Below are positions 56,846 to 64,000 of a DNA stretch of 64,000 nt, one piece after another. The DNA comes from Candidatus Latescibacterota bacterium (GTDB taxonomy: Bacteria > Latescibacterota > UBA2968 > GCA-2709665): the NCBI GenBank assembly GCA_965222075.1, contig OZ244937.1, positions 4,032,001 to 4,096,000 of the forward strand, given 5' to 3'. Both the position numbers and the translations under genes were made by a program. The notes beneath the pieces are model-generated. The model was not told where the DNA came from. It searched no databases and saw only the letters and a program-made list of their open reading frames with translations. Position 1 is the first letter of the stretch. Each line of letters opens with the position of its first letter.

Positions 56846-57706
56846 TTACCTCCCATCCAGCGCATACTGCTCCACCACCCTCGAAAATCCTTCCGCCTCA
56901 AACGGCGGCGCCATCTCAAGCCCGGCATCCGCTGCCAGCCGCTTCGTCTGCTCGTCCGCACTCTCCACCAGCACCCCCACGCCTGCCTCCCGCAGCATCG
57001 GCAGATCGTTATCTCCATCTCCCACCGCCAGCGTCTCGGCAAGCGACACCCCGCACGTCTCGCAAATCGTCCGAAGTGCCCCACCTTTGTTCACCTCCGG
57101 GTGCATCACCTCCACACGATCGTCGCCGGTTCGTGCGAGATAGAGCCGCTGCCCGAAAACCTCTTGCATCTCTTCCAGCACCACATCCCGCCGCTCCGGC
57201 CCGGGCATCACAATAAGCTTGGGAGGCGGTCCCAGTTCCCCCACCCGGATCCGGGAAAGCAGATTACCGTCGATAACAAACCGCACCCCGGTCAACGCCA
57301 CCAGCCCCTGTACCGATGCCGTCTCCCGGTCCGTCATATAGTCCTCCTGCACGCCCCCTCCTCCGACCTCACACCGGCAGTAAACAAAATTCAACCCACG
57401 CTCGCCGATATAATCCACCACCTCTTGAAAAACCGACAACCGCTGTTCGTGCAAAAGCCGTCTCGACCCATCCACCGCCGGGCCAAGCACCACCGCCCCG
57501 TTATAACTCCCAATGTACATCGCCGCCGCCAGTTCCGGCACTCCGGCAAACGGCGCCTGGCTCTTTTCCATATTCCGCCCGCTGATTGACGCAACAGCGG
57601 TCCCCCGCTCCACAAGCGCCCGAATCGCCTCGACAGACGCCTCCGAAGCCTGCCCCATCCCGCTCAACACCGTACCGTCCAGGTCGAACGCCACCAGCCG
57701 GATCAT
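56846..57706 (-). CDS. Cof-type HAD phosphatase
   Basis: FDLDGT, ISGR, YNGA, VNKG, GDGDNDLPM. Confidence 0.93.
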   Translation of the reverse strand: MIRLVAFDLDGTVLSGMGQASEASVEAIRALVERGTAVASISGRNMEKSQAPFAGVPELAAAMYIGSYNGAVVLGPAVDGSRRLLHEQRLSVFQEVVDYIGERGLNFVYCRCEVGGGGVQEDYMTDRETASVQGLVALTGVRFVIDGNLLSRIRVGELGPPPKLIVMPGPERRDVVLEEMQEVFGQRLYLARTGDDRVEVMHPEVNKGGALRTICETCGVSLAETLAVGDGDNDLPMLREAGVGVLVESADEQTKRLAADAGLEMAPPFEAEGFSRVVEQYALDGR

Positions 57707-57776
57707 ATCCAGAACCCCGAAAATTTCGGATTGTGGAACGGGAGTTTTAAATTCGAAATTCTCAATCTGACGGCCT

Positions 57777-58820
57777 CTAATCCACCAGCGGCAGCGTCAC
57801 TGTTGCGCCCCGCTCCACCGACCGGAACACCGCCTCGGTGAACTCCATATATTTCACCCCCGCCTCAAAGCTCGTGTCGCCCTGCGGCCCCCCCTGGACC
57901 GCGCTGACAAAATCCTGCTCCACAGTCCACTCCCGCGCCTCATCCTCCGGAATCGGGAGCTCCGACAGCCCCTTATCCCCGGCTTTTCCGCCCAGAATCG
58001 TATCGCTGTCCAGCTTGTAAATCAGCGTCCCCTCGCTCCCGTAGAGTTCCACCTGGGAATCGGTACCAAATCGTGCCACACTCGAAAAGAGAAGCCCTGC
58101 CGTCGCCCCGTTCTCCATCCGGCCCAGAACACTCACCGTATCGGGCCGTTCCACCGGTCCTTTTCCCACTCCACCGGACAGGGAGCGCTCCTTGATAAAC
58201 GTCTCCGTCTGCGCCGAAATCGTCTTCATATATCCCGCCCAGCGATGGATTGTCTCCACCAGAATCCCCATATTCAGCGCATTCACCCCCGAATATCGAT
58301 CAATTTGGCGCCAGTGCAACGGTTCATCCGGATCGCAGTTACCGCCGTTGAAAGACCGGCTGTACACATTGTAAATCTCTCCCAGGTACCCCTCCCGGAC
58401 CAGCCGCTGCACAAACCAGTCTCCCTTCATCCCTATCGGCGAGGGGCAGATCTGCGTCACCAGCCCGGTCTCCTGCGCCTTCGCATACATCGCCTTCGCC
58501 TCCCGCAGGTTCATCGCCATCCGCGCCTGCACGAACGTATGCTTCCCCGCATCCAAGGACGCCAGCACAAACGGACGGTGCTTGTAGGGCCACGTCCCGA
58601 TCATCACCGCATCGATATCCTCCCGGGCAATCAGCGCGTGCGGGTCCGTCATAATATCCGGACGCAATCCGAACTCCCTGGCAATCTTCCTCCCGCTCTC
58701 CTCGCTCCGGTTGCAGACCGCCGCCACCTTCGCGTCCTCAATCTTTGCCAGCCCGGGAAAATGCCGGCTCCGAAAAATTCCTCCTGCTCCGATGATACCA
58801 ATACGAACCTTGTCAGACAT
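57777..58820 (-). CDS. Gfo/Idh/MocA family oxidoreductase
   Basis: RIGIIGAG, DIDAVMIGTWPYKH, AGKHTFVQARMAM, ELYGSEGT. Confidence 0.9.
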   Translation of the reverse strand: MSDKVRIGIIGAGGIFRSRHFPGLAKIEDAKVAAVCNRSEESGRKIAREFGLRPDIMTDPHALIAREDIDAVMIGTWPYKHRPFVLASLDAGKHTFVQARMAMNLREAKAMYAKAQETGLVTQICPSPIGMKGDWFVQRLVREGYLGEIYNVYSRSFNGGNCDPDEPLHWRQIDRYSGVNALNMGILVETIHRWAGYMKTISAQTETFIKERSLSGGVGKGPVERPDTVSVLGRMENGATAGLLFSSVARFGTDSQVELYGSEGTLIYKLDSDTILGGKAGDKGLSELPIPEDEAREWTVEQDFVSAVQGGPQGDTSFEAGVKYMEFTEAVFRSVERGATVTLPLVD

Positions 58821-58838
58821 AACGCTCTCCCTTCTGTC

Positions 58839-60113
58839 TCAATCATTGTACAATCGGTCCAGCAGTCCTGCTGCCGTCTTCACAATCTGCTCTCCCACCC
58901 CCGGGCGGAAAACGCTCGCCTCGGCTTCGTACCCTCCCTCTTCAAAGGCCTTCCGGCCGGGCAAATAGCCCACGCTGTCATTGGCCAGTTCCAGCACCAT
59001 CGTCTGCCCAAACGGCGACCGCTCTTTGATCTCCAGCCCCAATTCCACCAAGAGTTCCCCCGGCGCCGTCACCAGGGCCAGGTTCCCCACCCGCAGGGCT
59101 TGAACCCAGGTCGGCGCCTCTTCCGGCACCTCATGAATCCGCTCCAGATTCCGCCGGGAAAACGCCCGCTCGCCCATTGTCCCCTTGCCCTGCTGCTGAA
59201 TCTCCCGGGCGTGGGCCAGGTCCGCTTCCGACGGGGCCTCCCGCCGCTTCAGCACCACCTCTTCCATTGCCGCTCCCAGGGGCGCATCGTCTGTAAACGC
59301 CATCTCATTCCATGCCCAGAAGACATCCGCAGCCACCAGCGCGGCCACCCGTTCCGTGTGCTGGTACCGGTCGTTTTTCGGCCGGACGCCGCCCATCACA
59401 TCGTGGTTGTTGATATCTCCGCATGCCCCGTTGGAAAGCGCCGCGACAAACCGCTCGCCCCGCATCCCCTGGATCAAGGCTGAAAAAAACCCGAAATAGT
59501 CCGCCGAAATCGCCCGTTCGTGGTCTCCGCCCCCCACGTAGTGGAGGCTGTAATTGGCCAGCAATCCGATCGTCTCACCCCCGGTCCGGCGCAGGCAAAG
59601 CGCCCCCACCTCCGGATCGACCGGACCTGCAGGTTCCACCACGTCCGGGTTCTCCAGGCCCGGATTTGTCCGCACAGACCCGTCCCTCATCCGGTAGCGG
59701 CGGTTGAACACCACCCGGTCTTGGTCCCGGCGCCCCCAGCCGACCTGGGCCGGCTGCCGTCCCTCCCACGCCAGCCGGACCGCATCCGCAATCCGCCCGA
59801 TCAGAAATTCCGTATACGCGTCCTCTCCCGTCTGGGCCCCCGTATGCGTGTGGGTGCAGCAGATCAACACCCGCTCAGGCGCAAGTCCCACAGCCTCCGC
59901 AATCTGCGCCTTCGCCCGGTCTAAGTAGACCCGTTTCACCCCGATCAGATCGCACACCACAACCGCGATCCCTTCGCCTTCCCGTTCCAGCACAAAACTC
60001 CGCACCTGCAGCGGATCGTGGACCACCTCTGCCCGCCGTTCGTGGAACAGCCCCGGGATCAACGTCCCCAGAGGCGGCGTAATATCCAGACAATACGCAC
60101 CGGCTTTTAGCAT
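58839..60113 (-). CDS. Neutral/alkaline ceramidase-like metallohydrolase, paralog of 49660-50991
   Basis: DITPP, HDPL, THTHTG, FNRRY, GPVDP, ANYSLHY, SADYF, NGACGDIN, LANDSVGY, GGYE. Confidence 0.8.
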   Translation of the reverse strand: MLKAGAYCLDITPPLGTLIPGLFHERRAEVVHDPLQVRSFVLEREGEGIAVVVCDLIGVKRVYLDRAKAQIAEAVGLAPERVLICCTHTHTGAQTGEDAYTEFLIGRIADAVRLAWEGRQPAQVGWGRRDQDRVVFNRRYRMRDGSVRTNPGLENPDVVEPAGPVDPEVGALCLRRTGGETIGLLANYSLHYVGGGDHERAISADYFGFFSALIQGMRGERFVAALSNGACGDINNHDVMGGVRPKNDRYQHTERVAALVAADVFWAWNEMAFTDDAPLGAAMEEVVLKRREAPSEADLAHAREIQQQGKGTMGERAFSRRNLERIHEVPEEAPTWVQALRVGNLALVTAPGELLVELGLEIKERSPFGQTMVLELANDSVGYLPGRKAFEEGGYEAEASVFRPGVGEQIVKTAAGLLDRLYND

Positions 60114-60200
60114 AGGGCCTCCTCCTTCTGCGGCCAATCGGCGTCCGTTATACCGGTGTTGTCCCACTCCGGGGTAACGCGTAGGGACTGACCCCCGACC

Positions 60201-61202
60201 TTACGGATTGGTGATATCCTCATACCCCGTCAAATGGTAATCATACTCCAGATAATCCAGCAGCCGACAGAGGCTTCGGAAGGCCACCCCGAAACCGTCC
60301 ACACCGCTCACACCGCCAAACTGCCCGCCCCCCTTTACGTGGGGCTCTAAGTCCACAAAAACTCCGGGCACCCCCAGAGGGGAAAGTCGCTTCTGAATCT
60401 CCGGCACCAGTTCCCGGAAATCGCGCAGCACCAGCTCGTGTCCGGCATCGCCCCGATCTACGGGAATAAACCGGGTCAGCCCCCGATTCTCGGCGGCGTT
60501 CAGCATCGCCTGGTTCGCCGGATTGTTGAACCCTTTGATGTGAATCCAGCCCACGCCTGGTTTCATTTTGACGTAATGCTCATAAACGCTGTCCGGGCTG
60601 TGCCCTTTGGCCTCCATGTTTCCCACATCCGGAATGATGCAGACATAGGGACTGTTGATCTTCTCGTACAGGGCGATCAGCGTCTCCCCGTCTCCCCCCA
60701 CCAGATCCCCTTCGACCTCTAAGCCGTAAATCACTTCGGCCTTAGCGCAGGCCTCAACGATCTGCGCGAGTTGCTCGGCGGCCCGGTCCAGGTACTCCCA
60801 CGGGTCTTCACCGTGCGGATGGTAATAACTGAACCCGCGGATCAGTTTGGTATCGAACACATGGGCCAGCTCAATCGCCCGCTGCACATCTTTCTCTAAG
60901 TAGTCTTCCAGAGGAACGTAGCGGTTCTGTGTGCCGTCCTCCTGGTCGATCAGCTTCACTTTGCCCAGCGGAGACCCGATGCTGGAGATCGAAATGCCGA
61001 ACTCGCGGTGCATGTCCTTGAGTCGCTCGATCTCCTCCTCGGTCAGCTCCATCACATTCTTTACCCCGCCGCCTATGTCGATAAACCGGATTGTATAATA
61101 GGAAAGCCCCAGCGCCCGCATCATCGTCAACTGCTCTTCGGCCCGTTTGCTCACCGGCCCTTCGTCTGCAAACCCGGAAAGAATCACCTCGGGATTGGCC
61201 AT
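60201..61202 (-). CDS. Sugar-phosphate isomerase/epimerase-like TIM-barrel protein
   Basis: LSGFADE, SIGSPLGK, IRGFSYY, GLEVE, HIK, DLEPH, GGGQFGG. Confidence 0.85.
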   Translation of the reverse strand: MANPEVILSGFADEGPVSKRAEEQLTMMRALGLSYYTIRFIDIGGGVKNVMELTEEEIERLKDMHREFGISISSIGSPLGKVKLIDQEDGTQNRYVPLEDYLEKDVQRAIELAHVFDTKLIRGFSYYHPHGEDPWEYLDRAAEQLAQIVEACAKAEVIYGLEVEGDLVGGDGETLIALYEKINSPYVCIIPDVGNMEAKGHSPDSVYEHYVKMKPGVGWIHIKGFNNPANQAMLNAAENRGLTRFIPVDRGDAGHELVLRDFRELVPEIQKRLSPLGVPGVFVDLEPHVKGGGQFGGVSGVDGFGVAFRSLCRLLDYLEYDYHLTGYEDITNP

Positions 61203-61269
61203 CAAACACCTCCTGAATCCATAAGAAACTGCTTGGAAAATAACCTTTCGGTAGATACTCAGGTCCAAC

Positions 61270-61510
61270 TGTTCTTTTGCTCTTGGCCTTTTTCTTGCAC
61301 GCCCAAGAAAAAGGCCCAAAAAGAAGGGCGCCGCTCAAGCGCCGCGGGGGCTGCTTTTCCGCGAATTGCCCCTGGGGTCGATATGTGCGTTTGTGCCCTG
61401 CGAGCGTTTAGGGATTCACGCGGCGAAGGCGCTGGAGGGAACCGCGCGGAAAAGCCCCTTCCCCCCGCACCGAACGCGCGGGAGGCGAAACGCGTGAGAG
61501 GGCGTGTACG
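61270..61510. repeat. Structured intergenic element (MITE-like or ncRNA-like)
   Basis: 13-bp stem GGCCTTTTTCTTG/CAAGAAAAAGGCC (61285-61316) and long-range GCTTTTCCGCG/CGCGGAAAAGC (61353/61445). Confidence 0.5.
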
Positions 61511-61573
61511 GATTACAGCACAAGTCTGTCAACGCAACTATTTTCATCATAATGGACGCCTCAGCGAGGCATG

Positions 61574-61713
61574 ATAACTGTCTTAAAACCCATGTCGGGC
61601 CGCTTTGCGGGCCTGTCGAGTTCCCGGCGTCAATTTCGAGGACGAGACGCCCTCGTTCCCAGATTCTTTGATCTGCTTGAGGGACCAAACCCGGAATTTT
61701 AAGACGGCTTCTA
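61574..61713. mobile_element. Putative ~140-bp MITE
   Basis: Ends ACTGTCTTAAAA ... TTTTAAGACGGCTTCTA are imperfect inverted repeats related to 48451; no coding capacity. Confidence 0.5.
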
Positions 61714-61730
61714 ACTTTGAACTTTGAACC

Positions 61731-62450
61731 TTATGTCACCAGTTCCACCGGCAGATGCTCCAACCGGTTCGTATAACCAACCACAGTATGTCCATCCTCG
61801 TGGAAATCGAGACGGCTGATTGACGTATTCTGGTGGGCAAAATATATACCGTCCATCCTCCGGCCGTTGACAAGCGCCTGGATGAGGTGGTTGCCAAACC
61901 CCCCGTGGCTCACCATCACAATCCGCTCGTCCGTCCCTGCAAACCGCTCACGCAGCTGGGCGGCCACCCGGGCGGCCCGATCCAGCCACTCCGCCTCGGT
62001 CTCCTGCGGGCGGTTCCACCATCCCGGTTCCGTCATCTGGTCGGGCAGAATATAATTCGGAAATCGCGCCTCGGCCTCGGCCTGTGTGAGACCGGGGTAT
62101 CCCACAGGCCCTCTCCCATCGTCGTGGTCCAGCCAGATCCCCCCCTGCTCATGAATGTCGATCCACACCTCCGGACGGATGCCCAGCGCCTTTCCGATCG
62201 GCGCGGCTGTCTGCATGGTCCGCAGCATCGCACTGCAAAAAACCCGGGTAATCCTGTACCCGGACCGATTCTGAAACGCCCCTGCCAGGGTCACCTGTTC
62301 CGGCTCGGCGGAGGCCTCTTTCAGGTGTTTTCCAACCCGCTCCGCCTGCGCCTCCCCTTTCTCTGTCAACGGCGGATCGCACACCCGCTGAGTCACATCC
62401 TCAAGCGCGTTGTTAAAAGATTCCCCGTGTCGGATTAGATAAAGTTCCAT
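61731..62450 (-). CDS. Histidine phosphatase (phosphoglycerate mutase family)
   Basis: LYLIRHGES, DPPLTEKGEAQA, SAMLRTMQTA, VSHGG, NTSISR. Confidence 0.93.
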   Translation of the reverse strand: MELYLIRHGESFNNALEDVTQRVCDPPLTEKGEAQAERVGKHLKEASAEPEQVTLAGAFQNRSGYRITRVFCSAMLRTMQTAAPIGKALGIRPEVWIDIHEQGGIWLDHDDGRGPVGYPGLTQAEAEARFPNYILPDQMTEPGWWNRPQETEAEWLDRAARVAAQLRERFAGTDERIVMVSHGGFGNHLIQALVNGRRMDGIYFAHQNTSISRLDFHEDGHTVVGYTNRLEHLPVELVT

Positions 62451-62634
62451 ACCCCTCTCTATCGTAAAATGGCCCATCGAACGAATGTCAGCGGTGGTAA
62501 AAAGGCCAGATCAACATAGCACATTGCCAAAAAAAACATAACATCGAACAAAGGCGTAGCGCATTAAAACAACCCGGTACGAGAAAGCAGCGGATCGCCC
62601 AATCCCCGGCCCCCCTTGGAAGGGGAGCCGGGGG

Positions 62635-63027
62635 TTAGGTCACCAGATCGAACGTCACCGCGTCGCTGAACCCCTCCAGGCTCGGCGTTGCCGGAAAGCT
62701 CAAAGTCAAAGAGACGTGCCTCTTCGCGCCTGGCGCCATATTCCCCTCCAGCCTCGTGGAGGCCGATCCGTAAATCTTCCCCTGCCCGTCCAGAAGGGAC
62801 CAGGTGATGGTAAAAGGCACAGTAATGGTCAGGTCCCCTACATTGATGACATCCACCTCCACCTCCAGCGCGATAATCCGGGAGGGATTGGCAGGGTCCT
62901 GAATCGGCCGCTTGATCCGGTTGGACAGAGACAGCATATTGGACAGTTCCCTGTTGTCCGGCTCCATCGGATTGGACCCGCAGCCGCAAAGCACCAGCGC
63001 AATCGCCAAAAGCATCCTCACCACCAT
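62635..63027 (-). CDS. Hypothetical lipoprotein
   Basis: MVVRMLLAIALVLCGC lipobox followed by a beta-rich domain; GAGG RBS. Confidence 0.7.
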   Translation of the reverse strand: MVVRMLLAIALVLCGCGSNPMEPDNRELSNMLSLSNRIKRPIQDPANPSRIIALEVEVDVINVGDLTITVPFTITWSLLDGQGKIYGSASTRLEGNMAPGAKRHVSLTLSFPATPSLEGFSDAVTFDLVT

Positions 63028-63041
63028 ATTGACCCCTCTGT

Positions 63042-63821
63042 TTATCTCCAGAAGACCGCCAGCCCCACCAGGCCAACCGCCCAGCAATAGTACGCAAACC
63101 GGTCCAGCCGCCCACCCCGCAGCAGCGCCAGCAGCCAGCGGATGGCAACCACGCCCGCCCCGTAGGCGGCCAGCATGCCCACCATCAGCGGCGCCAGCGC
63201 CCCCCAGGCCGGCGGGTACGCGGCCAACTCGCCCACCTTCAGTACCGTGGCCCCCAAGATCACCGGAATCGAAAGCAGAAATGAAAATGCCGCCGCCTCC
63301 CGGCCGTCCACCCCGCGCCAGAGCCCTGTGCTGATGGTCATCCCCGACCGGGAAATTCCCGGCAGGATCGCAAATGCCTGCGCCGCGCCGATCCAGACCG
63401 CGTCCCAGACCCCGACCTCCTGCCGGTAGCCTTTTCTGAAACGGGTACTCCAGAGCACCGCGCCAGTCACCACCAGCCACCCCGAAGCGGCAGCCGGACT
63501 GGAAAAAACCGCTTCCAGAGCATCTTTGAAAAGCATTCCCACAGCCGCGGCCGGAACCGTACCGATCCCAAGCGCCAGCACCATCCGCCAGGCAGCGGCG
63601 TCCCGCTTGAAACAGCCCCGCACCAGCGCCCAGACCCGCTCCCGGAGCGCCGTCACCACCGCCAGCAGCGTCCCGAAATGGACGATCACCTCAAACGTAA
63701 TGTCTCCCGTCCGGACCCCCAGCAGCGCCTGCCCCAATACCAGGTGTCCGGAACTGCTGATCGGCAGAAACTCGGACAGCCCCTGAACCAGCCCCAGCAG
63801 CGCCGCTTGAAAAGGCGTCAC
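63042..63821 (-). CDS. uppP: Undecaprenyl-diphosphate phosphatase
   Basis: LGLVQGLSEFLPISSSGHL, HFGT, PGISRSG, FSFLLSIP. Confidence 0.96.
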   Translation of the reverse strand: MTPFQAALLGLVQGLSEFLPISSSGHLVLGQALLGVRTGDITFEVIVHFGTLLAVVTALRERVWALVRGCFKRDAAAWRMVLALGIGTVPAAAVGMLFKDALEAVFSSPAAASGWLVVTGAVLWSTRFRKGYRQEVGVWDAVWIGAAQAFAILPGISRSGMTISTGLWRGVDGREAAAFSFLLSIPVILGATVLKVGELAAYPPAWGALAPLMVGMLAAYGAGVVAIRWLLALLRGGRLDRFAYYCWAVGLVGLAVFWR

Positions 63822-64000
63822 CAGCCGGCCTCCTCACGCATTCGTATCACCTCAAGACTGAATATCGGCAACCCCATATTATACCATAGAACAGGTAAAA
63901 CGCCACAGGAAAATTTCTCAAGCCCGGCTCTGCGTTACCTTGATACCCCGACGCGCTTTGCCATATTCTTTACGGAAGATACCTTTTCCTTCGGCGATCA

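Overview
GC-rich (roughly 60% by eye) bacterial chromosomal window with two parts. The left ~18 kb is the replication-origin region: recF-dnaN-[oriC]-dnaA <> rpmH-rnpA-yidD-yidC-mnmE-[2 parS]-rsmG, then an XRE regulator divergent from a small coiled-coil gene, a FAH-family gene, icd, a second DnaA-box-rich spacer, a pgsA-like gene, tmk and an S41 protease. The remaining ~46 kb is mostly minus-strand metabolic genes: SDRs, four PhyH-like dioxygenases, enolase-superfamily enzymes, ceramidase-like hydrolases, a transporter and several gene remnants. This repertoire would fit a Latescibacterota/Poribacteria-like heterotroph, but taxonomy is only a guess. No rRNA, tRNA, CRISPR array or intact mobile element was recognised. 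Best candidates for novelty: (1) a FadR/GntR-linked corrinoid methyl-transfer system (uncharacterised FxCGxxH tandem-repeat protein, MtaA/CmuA-type methyltransferase, corrinoid protein, small 4-Cys protein, RACE/RamA-type activator, MetF-MetV fusion, MeTr-like protein) with no recognisable MttB/MtaB-type substrate enzyme; (2) a GyrA-like helical segment inserted in the CtpA protease; (3) a ~300-nt multi-hairpin leader or ncRNA between the XRE gene and the coiled-coil gene, where parAB often lies; (4) non-canonical DnaA-trios and a second DnaA-box cluster; (5) two tandem PhyH-like enzymes with HxA/HxS in place of HxD. All homology calls come from motifs recognised by eye; no database searches were run.
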